Shown: positions 28,331-46,562 of the stretch, one piece after another
Layout of the letters: each line of letters opens with the position of its first letter
How positions within the stretch are numbered: the first letter of the stretch is position 1
Assembly: GCF_009914755.1 (NCBI RefSeq)
Contig: NC_060928.1
Length of the DNA stretch: 64,000 nt
From: the human T2T-CHM13v2.0 reference genome, Homo sapiens
Direction: 5' to 3' (one strand)
Notes under the pieces: generated by a model
Seen by the model: only the letters and a program-made list of their open reading frames with translations
What the model was told of the DNA's origin: nothing
Databases searched by the model: none
Position numbers and translations under genes: made by a program

Positions 28331-28798
28331 AAAAAGTAACTGTCAACATCCCTGATATTCCTGCTTGTTAAGAAATATACAATATTTTTGGAGCTGAAGC
28401 AAGCTACAAGTAAGAAAGGAATCACTAGATACCAACTTTCACCTGTCCCATGAGAACAGATAGTCATTGGAAAAGACTTTAAACAAACCATATAGGATAT
28501 TTGTTTGCACAAGAAATGACGGATGTACATATTACCAAGGTACTGTACGTTCTAACAAAGAGTGTAATCATATTCATTCCTGGTAATGAGAATAATACTT
28601 TGAAGAAAAATTAATGCTATAACAGTCAATAGACAACGCAACTAGCACCAAGAAAATTTCCAGGTAGTATAAATGGAAGTTGAGCAAAGTTCAAGTAAAA
28701 TTGCAGTATGTGGACTGAGTTTTAGTCCAATTCTATACATCCCATAATTTCCAAGACATTGTTTAAATTGAATGAGTGAATCAATCAAAATGTTTTAA

Positions 28799-29125
<327 letters not shown>

Positions 29126-29833
29126 AATTTAACTTTTAATGTTTTTTAAACTACCTTTTATCTATAATATGATACTGGATATGCATGCTGGTGCTTTCAG
29201 TGAACCACAGTGGTGACTTTTGGATCACAATGTCTTGCTGGAAAAAGAAAAACAAAAGTTGTATTTTTTCTGAATGAAGTTTTCATGCTTCCCCCATTCA
29301 CTTAACTGGGAAAACAAATTGAAGATTCACTTTGCTTCATATATAATCTTGGGTTTATATTTGTGTCCATTTGATATTTGGTCACTTTTGTAAAATTCAT
29401 GTAAAAGTTATTTTTTCTTGGAGTAAAACTTCTGAATAGTGTCAACGTAGGCACCATGCTGTGATGATAAAGACATCCTGATTATGCTTAATGATAATGA
29501 TGGTGATTATGATGTCATAAGACTTGAAGTCTATAATAGAAGTATATTAATTTCTAGGTAATCTGACAGCTTCTGGGGACTCTTAACTCCAGGGATCCTC
29601 AGGTTCTGGCTAGGCATGATCCTTGTATTTAAAATGTATTCTCTTGTCTGCAAAGTAGCTGCTTTTCTGTGTTATTCTGCAAAGGATAAATGCTACTAGA
29701 ATATGGACTATTTCATTTAATTTTAAGTCAGATGTAATTGACAGTAGCTAACATGTTATAGGTTCTCCACATACAGAGACTGAAAAAAGACAGAAATTAA
29801 TAATGGCATGAGTGGTTATGGATATACACATGG

Positions 29834-30528
29834 TATGATAGTAAATTTTAAGTGTGAATTTAATTGGTCATAGGGTGCCCAGATAAAATATTATTTTTGG
29901 GTATGTCTGTAAAGGTGTTTCTGGATGAGATCAGTATTTAAACCAATGGACTCAGTAGATGCCTCCCCTGATATTGGTGAGCATTATCCAATTTTTTGAG
30001 GGCCTGAAAGCTACAAAAGGCGGAGGAAAGAGAAATGTGCCCTTTTCACCTCCTACTTAACTGTTGAGCTGCAACATATAATCTCATCTTCTCCATTCCT
30101 CAGATTTGGATTTATACCACTTCTTCACCTTTTTCTAAGAACTTTGGACTCATTACTAAATGACATTTATATACATACACGCCGATATGTACTGGTGTAT
30201 ATTGGCTAGTTGCTCCTAATTTTGCTAGACAAAATGGTGAAAGAAAGGATGCCCTCAAGGATTGAATTCTAAGCCAAGTGTATAAATGACATAAGATCTT
30301 CTATGTGTGCTCAGAACAAGACAATTATTTCTGGTAGCCACAGAGCTGAAATTGCTATATATTGAATGCAGATTATGGGACTTTTCGGCCTTCATAATCT
30401 CATAAGCCAATTTCTTATAATAAATATCTTTCTTTCTCTCTCTCACACACACACACACAAACACACACACAGCCATATAGATATACAATCTACTGGTTCT
30501 GTCGTTCTGGAGAACCCTGACCAATACA
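29834..30528 (+). mobile_element. ERVL MLT2B-type LTR containing an ERVL internal fragment
   Basis: GGGTGCCCAGATA...GGTGTTTCTGGATGAGAT...GAGGGCCTGAA...GGTTCTGTCGTTCTGGAGAACCCTGACCAATACA. 5-bp TSD CATGG/CATAG. Confidence 0.9.
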
Positions 30529-30920
30529 CATAGTTTGACCTGAGCCATGGATTGACCTAATTAATTGAAATAATCAATTACTCTTTCTAATCAATAAGTG
30601 ATAAAGAATACATTGTTATTTGCCTTATGTTGCATCTTTAGATAATGTGAATCTGGTTAAGAGAAAAAAAGAATGAACAGCCATGATCGTATCAGATTGT
30701 AGCATATCAATACAACACATGACATATGAAATAATGTTTTAAAAGTAACTGACAATGGTACATGTTTAGAGCAACTGGGAAATGGAAGGGAGAAAAATGA
30801 ATGAATGTATGTTAGCTTTACCATTAACAGATAAGGTAAAATTGAGTACTGTTTATTTAGACAGTAGATAACTGTAGAATATGTGTGGCCTATCCATTGC
30901 TACAAGAAGAAAAGAACTAT

Positions 30921-32071
30921 CATATTCACTCTTCATGGCCTCAGAAGTGGGCCCACCCACCTGCAGACACTATCAATGGGCCCAACCACACCCACAGGGC
31001 CCACAGATACTTTCAGACATCCCATCTTCAGACAAAAACAACTAGCCCATCTAGAATCTTTGGCCAGGCTAACTAGTGAAGGGCTTTCTCTGCCAAAGTC
31101 AGACTGTAAAGACCAGAAGGAGTGATTGCTTCTTCAAATGTTCAGATACTAATGCAAGGTCATAAAGATCATAAAAAATCAGGAAAACATGACATTGAAA
31201 ATAGGAAAACAATACATGAAAAAAAATTAGAAGTTGAACAAAGTGATAGAAGCCATTAAAAATAAAAGCAGAAATGTAAGAGCTGAGGAATACAATTACT
31301 AAACTGAAAAATTCAATGGAGAACTTCAGCAGCAGACTTGGTCAAACAGAAGAAAGAATCAGCAAATTTAAAGACTGTTTATTTGTAATTATTCAGAGAA
31401 ACAAAAATAAATAAAAAGAGAAAGATTAAATAGAACCTACAGAACTTATGAAACATCATCAAATATATACATTAAGAGACTCCCATAAGAAGAAAAGAAA
31501 GAGATAGAGAAGGAAAGATTATTTAAAGAAATAGTGTCGAAAACCTTCTTGAATCTGGGGAAGAAAATGAGCATTCAGACTAAGGAAGAAGAACAACAAA
31601 ACACTCAAATAGGTTGAACCTAATGAGGACTACACTGAGAGATGTTATAATTAAATTGTTACAAATCAAAGACAAAGAGAGAATTTTGAAAGCAGCAAGA
31701 GAAAGGTGAATCATCACATAAAAGGGAACACTGATAAGGCTATCAGTAGATTTTTCAGCAGAAACCTTTGATGGCAGGAGAGAGTGGAATAATAATATAT
31801 TTAAAGTGCTCAAAAAAAAAACCCACCAAGAATAATATACCTGGCAAAACTGTCCTTTAAAAATGAAGGATCTATAAAGACTTTCCCAGATAAACAAAAA
31901 CTGAGGGACTTCATCACCACTACATTTGCCTTTTAAGAAGTGCTTAAAGAGAGTTCTGCAAGTTGAAATAAAAAGATACTAAACAGCAGCACAAATGCAT
32001 ATAAAAGAATAAATCTCACTGGTAAAAGTAAATATACATAGAAGTACAGAATGATGCAATAGTGTCATGAC
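30921..32071 (+). mobile_element. Old L1 (L1MB1/2-like): 5' region, ORF1 relic and start of inter-ORF region
   Basis: ORF1 motifs GCAGACTTGGTCAAACAGAAGAAAGAATCAG, AATTTTGAAAGCAGCAAGAGAAA, TATCAGTAGATTTTTCAGCAGAAACC. Probable TSD AGAAAAGAACTAT (30908-30920) / AGAAAAAGACTAT (44259-44271). Confidence 0.9.
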
Positions 32072-35000
32072 TATATATATATAATGCATATTATATAATA
32101 TATTTTATATTATATATAATATATATTATATATAATATATAAGTTATATAATATATATTACGTATATTATATATAATATGGTATATTATATATATTATAT
32201 ATTATATATATGTTTTATAATATATATTATATATATTATATATTATATATATATTTTATAATATATATTATATATTAACTAAAATATGTTCTATTATATA
32301 TTATATATAATATGTTATATAATATATATTAACTATAATATGTTATATTTTATATATTATATATTAACTATAATATGTTATATTATATATATTATATATA
32401 ATATATAATATGTTATATTATATATAATATATAATATGTTATATTATATATTATATATAATATGTTATATTATATATTATATATAATATGTTATATTATA
32501 TATTATATATAATATGTTATATTATATATAATATATAATATGTTATATTATATATAATATATAATATGTTATATTATATATTATATATAATATGTTATAT
32601 TATATATAATATATAATATGTTATATTATATATTATATATAATATGTTACATTATATATTATATATAATATGTTACATTATATATAATATATAATATGTT
32701 ATATTATATATTATATATAATATGTTACATTATATATAATATATAATATGTTATATTATATATAATATATAATATGTTACATTATATATTATATATAATA
32801 TGTTACATTATATATAATATATAATATGTTATATTATATATTATATATAATATGTTATATTATATATAATATATAATATGTTATATTATATATTATATAA
32901 AATCATATGTTATATTATATATTATATAAAATATCATATGTTATATTATATATTATATAAAATATCATATGTTATATTATATATATTATATATAATATAT
33001 CATATGTTATATTAAATATTATATATAATATATATAATATGTTATATATCTTATATATAATATGTTATATTATATATATTACATATTATACATAATATGT
33101 TATATTATATATATTACATATTATACATAATATGGTATATTATATATATTATATATATTATACATAATATGGTATATTATATAATATATATTACATAATA
33201 TGTTATATTATATAATATATATTATACATAATATGTTATATTATATATTATATATTATACATAATATGTTGTATTATATATTATATATTATACATAATAT
33301 GTTGTATTATATATTATATATTATACATAATATGTTGTATTATATATTATATATTATACATAATATGTTGTATTATATATTATATATTATACATAATATG
33401 TTATATTATATATTATATATTATACATAATATGTTATATTATATATTATATATTATACATAATATGTTATATTATATATTATATATTATACATAATATGT
33501 TATATTATATATTATATATTATACATAATATGTTATATTATATATATTATATATATTATACATAATATGTTATATTAAATATTCTATATTATGCATAATT
33601 TCTTATATTATATATTATATATATTATACATAATATGTTACAATATATATTATATATTATACATAATATGTTACATTATATATTATATATATTATACATA
33701 ATATGTTGCATTATATATTATATATATTATACATAATATGTTATACTATATATTTTATATATTATACATAATATGTTATGTCATATATTATATATATTAT
33801 ATATACTATGTTATGTCATATATTATATATATTATATATAATATGTTATGTTATATATTATATATTATATATAATATGTTATGTTATATATTATATTTTA
33901 TATATGATATGTTATGTTATATATTATATATTATATATGATGTGTTATGTTATATATTATATATTATATATGATATGTTATGTTATATATTATATGTATT
34001 ATATATAATATGTTATATTATATATATTATATATTATATATATTATATATATTATACATTATATATATAATATATATTATACATTATATATATTTTATAT
34101 ATATATTATATATTATATATTACATATATTATATATATTATATATTATATATTACATATATGATATATAATATATATTATATATTACATATATTATATAT
34201 ATTATATATTATATATTACATATATTATATATATTATATATTATATATTACATATATTATACATATTATATATTATATATTATATATATTATATATATTA
34301 TATATATCATATATAATATATATAATATGTTATATTATATATAATATATATTGTATATATAATATGTTATATTATATATAGCATATATATTATATATAAT
34401 ATGTTATATTATATATAGTATATATTAGATATAATATGTTATATTAACTCTAGTATATATACTATAGATAATATGTTATATTATATACTATATATACTAT
34501 ATATAATATGTTATATTACATAGTATATATAATGTATAACACGTTATATTATATATGGCATATATACTATATATAATATGGTATATTATATATAGTTACT
34601 ATATATAATATGTTATATTATATATAGTTACTATATATAATATGTTATATTATATATAGTTACTATATATAATATAACATATTATATATAGCATATATTG
34701 TATATAATATGTTATATTATATTTATTATATATTATATACTCTATTATAAATTATATATAAATTTATATATAAATATGTATATATAAATATATATAAAAT
34801 ATAAATATAAATATATATATAAATATATACTTATATAATTATAAATTTATATTTATAAAATATATAAATATATAAAAATATATAAATATATAGATATTAT
34901 ATATAAATATATAGATAAATATAAATATTACATGTAATATTTATATCTCAATATTATATATAAATATTGAGATATAAATATATATTATATTGTTATAACA

Positions 35001-35918
35001 TAATATATATAATATATTATTATATATAATATATATAATATATTATTATATATAATATATATAATATATTATATATAATATATTATTATATATAATATAT
35101 ATAATATATTATATATATTATATATAATAATATATTATATATAATATATATAAAATAATAATATACATCAGAATATATAATATAATATAAACTACAAATA
35201 ATATGTAACATATATTTATATACTTTATATAATATATAATTTATAATTTATAGAATATATAATACATAATTTATATAATATATAATATATAATATATAAT
35301 TTATATAATATATAATGTATACAATAATCTATATAATATAATATATATTATATATTACTATATAATATAACATGTAATATATTATTATATAATATGACAT
35401 ATAATACATTATTATATAATAATATATGTTATATATTATTATATAATATAGTATGTGTTATATATTATTATATAATATATGTGTTATATATTATTATATA
35501 ATATATGTGTTATATATTATTATATAATATATGTGTTATATATTATTATATAATATATGTGTTATATATTATTATATAATATATGTGTTATATATTATTA
35601 TATAATATATGTGTTATATATTATTATATAATATATGTGTTATATATTATTATATAATATATGTGTTATATATTATTATATAATATAATATGTGTTATAT
35701 ATTATTATATAATATAATATGTGTTATATATTATTATATAATATTATATGTATTATATATTATATGATATAATATGAATCATATATTATTATATGATATA
35801 ATATGTATTATATATTATTATATAATATAATATGTATTATATATTATTATATAATATAATATGTATTATATATTATTATATAATATAATATGTATTATAT
35901 ATTATTATATTATATATA
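32072..35918. repeat. ~3.85 kb composite AT-rich minisatellite array
   Basis: 26-bp unit ATGTTATATTATATAT(A/T)ATATATAAT-type (~32400-32900), 33-bp unit ATGTTATATTATATATTATATATTATACATAAT (~33200-33760), 7-bp TATATAT/ATATATT blocks, and 26-bp GTGTTATATATTATTATATAATATAT (~35450-35740). Confidence 0.98.
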
Positions 35919-36359
35919 CTCTGTTTACATTTAAGTAAATTATAAATAGGTAAAGGGTTACACTGCCATTTCTTGTTTTGTTTCTGTTTTATAGTTCTTT
36001 TGTTTTTCTGTTCCTCTCTTGATGACTTCCTTTGTGATTTGTTCGTTTTTTGTAGTGATATACTTTGGTTCTTTACTTTTGTGTATATAATATAGGGTGG
36101 TGGTTTTTTTTTTCTCTTTTTGGTTACCATAAGCCTTTCCTAAAGTATCGTATACTTATTCCATGCTATTTTAAGCTAATAACATTTTAAATTCATTGCA
36201 TACTAACACTCCTCTCTCCCCACACACTATATTTGTGTCAGGTTTTACTTCTTTTTATATTTATATGTATATCCATGTACAACTTTTTCAATCATAGTTA
36301 TACTTATTTCTTTGGGTACTTTGGGTTTTTAACTTTTATACTAAGGTGAAAAGTTTTTT
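35919..36359 (-). mobile_element. Inverted segment of the same L1MB (inter-ORF region and first ~15 codons of ORF2)
   Basis: Reverse complement reads ...TAGTATAAAAGTTAAAA...GCTTAAAATAG...GCTTATGGTAACC...CAAATCACAAAGGAAGTCATCAAGAGAGGAAC...AAATGGCAG...CTTAAATGTAAAC, which continues the L1 from 32071. Confidence 0.9.
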
Positions 36360-37407
36360 ATATATATGTTATATTACATTATATATTATATAATTTATAT
36401 ATATACATTATACATGTTATATATATAATTTATGTATATTTATTTTATATGTATTTATTATATATGTAAATTATAATATATATATTATATATTTTATAAT
36501 ATATATATGAATTATATATATAATATATTATATAATATATAATATATATGAATTATATATATATTATGTAATATATACCATATATGAATTATATATATTA
36601 TATAATACATAATATATATATGAATTATATATATAATATATTATATAATATATTATATATAATTATATATAAATTATATATTAATTACTTATATAATTAT
36701 ATATAATTATATATTATATTTATGTATAATAGTTTATATATTATAATTTACATATTATAATTTATATATTATAATTTACATATTATTATATATGATATAT
36801 GATATATAATATATATTATTATATATGATATATAGTGTATATTATAGTATATATCATATATAATACTATATATTATATATGATATATAATACTATATATT
36901 ATATATCATATATAATATAATATATTATATATCATATATAATATAATATATATTATATATCATCTATGATATATAACATAATATATATCATCGATGATAT
37001 ATATAATATAATACATACTATATATCATATATAATATAGCGTATATTGCATATCATATATATAATATAGCGTATATTACATATCATATATATATAATATA
37101 GCGTATATTACATATCATACATATAATATAGCGTATGTTATATATCATACATATAATATAGCATATGTTATATATCATATATAATATAGCGTATGTTATA
37201 TATCATATATAATATAGCGTATGTTATATATCATATATATAATATAGCGTATGTTATATACCATATATAATATAGGGTATGTTATATATCATATATAATA
37301 TAGCGTATGTTATATATCATATATAATATAGCGTATGTTATATATCATATAATATAGTGTATGTTATATATCATATATATAATGTAATATATGCATTATA
37401 TTATATT
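36360..37407. repeat. ~1.05 kb AT-rich array with a 28-30 bp CpG-containing unit
   Basis: Degenerate TA repeats, then about a dozen copies of AATATAGCGTATGTTATATATCATATAT(AT) at ~37030-37370. Confidence 0.97.
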
Positions 37408-37412
37408 CAGTA

Positions 37413-41600
<4,188 letters not shown>

Positions 41601-42787
41601 GAGAAAACCTTAATAACTTTATGCCTCAAGTAACTAGAAAAAGAACAATGAACTAAGCCCAAAGTAGCATGCAAAATGAAATAATAAAGATTAGAGTAGA
41701 AATAAATGGACTAGAAAATAGAAAAACACTAGAAAGATAAAAAAGATAATATTTTTTGCAAAGATAAGTAAAATTGACAATTCACTAGATAGACTAAGAA
41801 AAAAGAGAGGAGAGCTAAACAAATAAAATCAGAAATGACAGAGTTGACATTACAACTGATGTTTATGAAATAAAAAAATAAAGGCCTATTATAAACAATT
41901 ACATTCTAACAAATTGGACAACCTAGAGGACATAGATATATCCTTAGACAAATACAAACTACCGAGACTGAATCAAGAATAAATAGAAATCTTGAACAAA
42001 CCAACAATTAATGAGGATATTGAATTAGCAATCAAAACTTGCCAAAAAAGAAAAGTCCAAGACCAGGTAGCCTTACAGATAAATTCTGCCAAACATTTAA
42101 AAAAGAACTAATAACAGACCTTATTAAATACTTCCAAAATACAAAAGGGAACACTGCAATCTCATTTTATGAGGCTATCACCTTACTACCAAAACCAGAC
42201 AGACTCCACAAAAAATGAAAACTATAGGCCAATATTCCTGATGAAAATAGATGTAAAAATCGTCAATAATATGTTTGCAACATGAATTTTGCAATGTGAA
42301 TTCAATAGTACATTAAAACGATGACATCATGACTAAGTGGAATTTATCCTTGAGATGCAAAAATGGTTCAACATATACAAATTAAACGATGTCGTACATT
42401 ACTTAACAGAAAGAAGGATGAAAATTATATGATAATCTCAATGGATGCAGAAAGAGCATTTGACTAAATTCAACACCCTTTTATAGTAAGGAGTCTCAAT
42501 AAATTAGGTATAGAAAAAATTTACCTCAACATAATAAAGGCCATATAGGAAAAGCCCACAGGTAACACTATACTAAATTGTGAAAAACTCAAAGCTTTTC
42601 CTGTAAGATCAGGGAAAAGGTAAGAATGTTCGCTTTTACTATTTCTATTCAAAATAGTACTAGAAGCCCTAACCAGAGAAATTAGGCAGGAAAAGAAAAA
42701 GGTATCCAAATTAGAAAGGAAGAAATAAAATTACCTCTGTTTACAGACAACATCATCTTATGTATGGACAACCCTAAAGACTACACA

Positions 42788-42832
<45 letters not shown>

Positions 42833-44258
42833 CCTATCCGAACTAACATACAAATTCATTAAAGTTACAGGATACAAAATCAGCATTCAAAACTCAGTTG
42901 TGTTTTTACACACTAACAACAAACTTTCTGAAAAGAAATAAACTCAAAATGGATTAAAGACTTAAGCATAATACCTGTATCCATGAAACTCCTAGAAGAA
43001 AACATAGGGAAAAAAACATCTTGACCTTTCCTTTGGAAATTGTTTATTCGATATGACACTGAAAACAAGGCAACAAAAGCAAAAGTAGATGAATGGAATT
43101 ACATCAAACTAAAAGGCTTCAGTACAGCAAAGAAAAACAACAAAATTAAGTAGCAATATATAGAATAGGAGAAAATATTTGTAAACTGTGTATCTCATAA
43201 AATGCTAATATCCAAATATATAAAGAACTACTATAACTCGATAGCAAAGAAAAAATCTGATTTAAAAATACGTGAAGGAACTGACTGGACATCACTCCAA
43301 AGAAGACATACAAATGGCTGAAAGGTAAACGGACAGTGCTTAACATCATTAATCATCAGGGAAATGCAAATCAAAACCACAATGAGATATCCCCTTATAC
43401 CTAGTGTTGTCGAAAACGTAGAGAAAAAGGAATCCTTGTACATTGTTGGTGGGAATGTGAATTGGTATAGCCACTATGGAAAATAGTATGGAAGTTCCTC
43501 AAAAAATTAAAAATAGGACTCCCATATGATCCATCAATCCCTCTTCTGGACATATATCCAAAGGAAATGAATCAATATGTCAAAGATATATCTACACACA
43601 TATGTTCATTGCAGCATTATTCACAATAGCCAAGACATGGAAGAAATCAGAATGTCTATTTATGGATGCATAGATAAAGACAAAGTTACACACACACACA
43701 CACTCCCTCACACTTACAGAGGGGAATATTATTCATCGTTAAAAAAGAAGAAAATCTTGCAATTTTTGACAACATGGATTAATCTGAAGGACATTATGCC
43801 AAGTGAAATAAACCAGACACAGAAAAAATATTCTACATGATTTCACTTATGAGGAATCTAAAACAGTCAAACTAATGGAAGCAGAGAGTAGAAGGTGGTT
43901 GCCAGGGGTTGTGGGGAGGGGGAAATTAGGAGTTATTGTCAATTGGTACAAAGTTTCAGTCAAGCAAGATGAATAAGACCTAGTCTATTATATGGCATAG
44001 TAGTACTTATAGTTTATTGTACTATAACTTAAAATTTACTAAGGTGATAGATCTTATGTTAAGTGTTCTTATCATGAATTATAATAATTGTAATTGATAA
44101 AGGGGACATGAGAAAACTTCTGGATGTGGTATGTTTATGGCATTAATTATGGTAGTGGTTTTACAAGTATATTTTATTTAAGCTCATCAAGTTATATAGA
44201 TTAAGTATGTACAGTTTTTGTAGGTCAATTGAACCACAATAAAGTGGTTTTTTAAAAA
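41601..44258 (+). mobile_element. Old L1 (L1MB1/2-like): ORF2 relic and 3' UTR
   Basis: Diverged ORF2 (AAAAGTCCAAGACCAGGTAGCCTTAC, TCTGTTTACAGACAACATCATC) with a ~0.6 kb internal deletion near 42940. L1MB1-type 3' end GCTCATCAAGTTATATAGATTAAGTATGTACAG...CAATAAAGTGGTTT. Confidence 0.93.
42790..42831. repeat. (CA)~21 microsatellite
   Basis: Perfect CA run within the L1MB ORF2. Confidence 0.97.
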
Positions 44259-46000
44259 AGAAAAAGACTATGGTGCTAGAGACAACAAGCTGTTCACGAC
44301 ATTTGGGTTTTCTTCCTTTGCTGGAACAGAAAGGTGAAGGGTTGAGATCTATGAATCATTTTTATTTTCTAGGTTCCAGTTCCTTAGAATCCTAAGCCTC
44401 AATACCACAAAGAAAAGGGAAACAAAAAAGTGCTGAAATCAGCTCCTTTGGAAGTGCAGCAGGTGAGGAGAAACCCGTACGCTTTAAAACTAGAGACACT
44501 GACACACACATAAAATATGTTACAAATGCCAGGTGTGAAGGGATCAATGAATCTAAGATGTCTGTTACCCATTTGTAGCACATTGGTTGGGAAGCTCTGA
44601 AATAGGAAAGATCACTTTATCTGATTTCTCAAGATATTGAAGGTAATAATTTTTACTTTTTGATATTAATGGCTGGCAAAACCAACTATTATATTACTTG
44701 TAGTAGAAGGCAGAAGTCTATTACAAAAACTGCAAGGACTTGGGTGATCACCACTGTTTTGAATTCCCTAGAAACGGCTCTGCCTGTGAAAAATTCTTTC
44801 TAAGATTATTAATTTTTTAATCAATAGAAGAAAGCATTTAAGAAAATCAAAATGACAGGCTTTTTATATTAAAGTTGTCATAAGGACTTATAATTCTTTC
44901 ATAGATGATAACATAATAAAAAGTGCTAGTAAAAAATCTGATTTATACATGATTCCCAGTCTCAGAAACAGCAGTGTCTCAACAAAACTTTAGGGAATGT
45001 ATAAAATAATTCCTGGGATTTTATCCATGAATACAATTAGTATTGAAAACATTTTCCTTGTTGGATTCATATGCAGGTAAGTCTTAGTAATTTCTGCCAA
45101 TGAAACAAAACAGCAACAGCCAGGTTAAAGATTTGGAAACCTGTAAAGTGAAACTTAAAAACTAAGAGCAATATTATTGCTGAATATATTTTACATCCAT
45201 TACTTTAATTAATTTCATATACAGAAACTAGAGGAATGACTAATATTTGTTTATGCCAACTGTATTTTAAGCTACTTGCTTGAGTGAAAGATAAGGCCAT
45301 TTCCTTTCACAAGTCAATAATTTTTTTCTTAAACCCTTATTAACAATATTCAGTTGCTTAACAAAATCTAATTAGAATTGATACTATGTGGGTATACTTT
45401 TACTTAGCACACATTGGAATAATCTTAGATTTTGAATCAGCTGCAGTGTAGTATAACAACGTTTTATTCTAAATTCTAGACTCTTTTCAAAGCTGTAAAG
45501 AAAGACTATGTCTCTACGGAGTTAGCAGTTTAATATTCTTCACTCCACGAAACAACCAATTAAATTCATTGAACCTTTTCCTCCACAGAAAATTCAACGC
45601 AGAGAAAAGACCCAATCTAATAGCCTCAACTTAGAACTATTGCTTCTAGAAGCAGGAATAAAGATTATCGTCTCTGCACTTAGACTCAGCCAGAACGGCA
45701 TGTAATTTAATATGTATTAATGCATACATTGTGTATTGGGGTCCAGTGAATTTAAAGAAGAAAGAATTAGGCAGACAAAACTATCCTCTTTTCAGCATCA
45801 ACACCATGCTTACCATCTGTTTTTAAAGTTCTTTTTTATATAATTGAATAGCTACCTATTCATAATGACAACCTGTATACATGCATGTGTGCCTACACCC
45901 ATATGCACACAATACATGCGCACACACAGCCATAGCAGTGGCAGCTGTATTTCCTCTTCTTCCTCATTCTTCTTACCATTTTAACTCTGCTCCAAAATGG

Positions 46001-46562
46001 TTTTGGATAGAAGAATGATCTTGCAAATATATCCACATCTTAATCCACAAAACCTGTGAATATGCTACCTTACATGCAGAAGAAACTTTGCAGATGTGTG
46101 TAAGGTTAGGGAAGCTGAGATGGAGAGATTCCCCCAGATTATTTTCGTAGGCCCAATGTAATCACACAAATCCTTAAAGTCAGAGAATATGTCATAGATA
46201 TGATTAGAGAGAGAGATGACAAAAGAAGAAGGGCTGGAGGATGGAAGGAGAGTCTGACCTGAGCCAAAGAAGGTGGATATCTTTTAGAAGCTAGAAATGG
46301 ATCTCAGTTGACTGCTAACAAGTAAATGGGGACCACAGTCCTACAACCACAAGGAACTGAATTCAGCTGACAATCCAAATGATAAAGGGAACAGAATCAC
46401 CCTGAAAGCCTCCAAAATGAATGCAGCTTCTAGCAACTTGATTCAGCCCAGTGAGATCCATATCAGATGGATGACCTATAGTACTTTAAAATAACAAGTC
46501 TGTATTGTTTAGAACACTAAATTTGTGGTGATTTGTTATAGCAGCAACAGAAAACTAATGTA
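46001..46562 (+). mobile_element. MaLR solo LTR (MLT1E-like)
   Basis: ACCTGTGAATATGCTACCTTACATG...CTTTGCAGATGTG...CAGTCCTACAACCACAAGGAACTGAATTC...TTTGTTATAGCAGCAACAGAAAACTAAT. Confidence 0.9.

Noticed and set aside
33200-34381. Long ORFs with repeating MLYYILYIIHN and Y/I-rich peptides
   Set aside because: They are translations of the 33-bp and 7-bp AT minisatellite units, with no promoter, splice or homology support.
32400-37375. Regular 26-33 bp repeats as a possible CRISPR-like array
   Set aside because: Units are head-to-tail with no unique spacers, there are no cas genes, and the context is primate.
45876-45928. Alternating purine-pyrimidine stretch as Z-DNA
   Set aside because: It is short, interrupted, and typical of a decayed CA/TG microsatellite.
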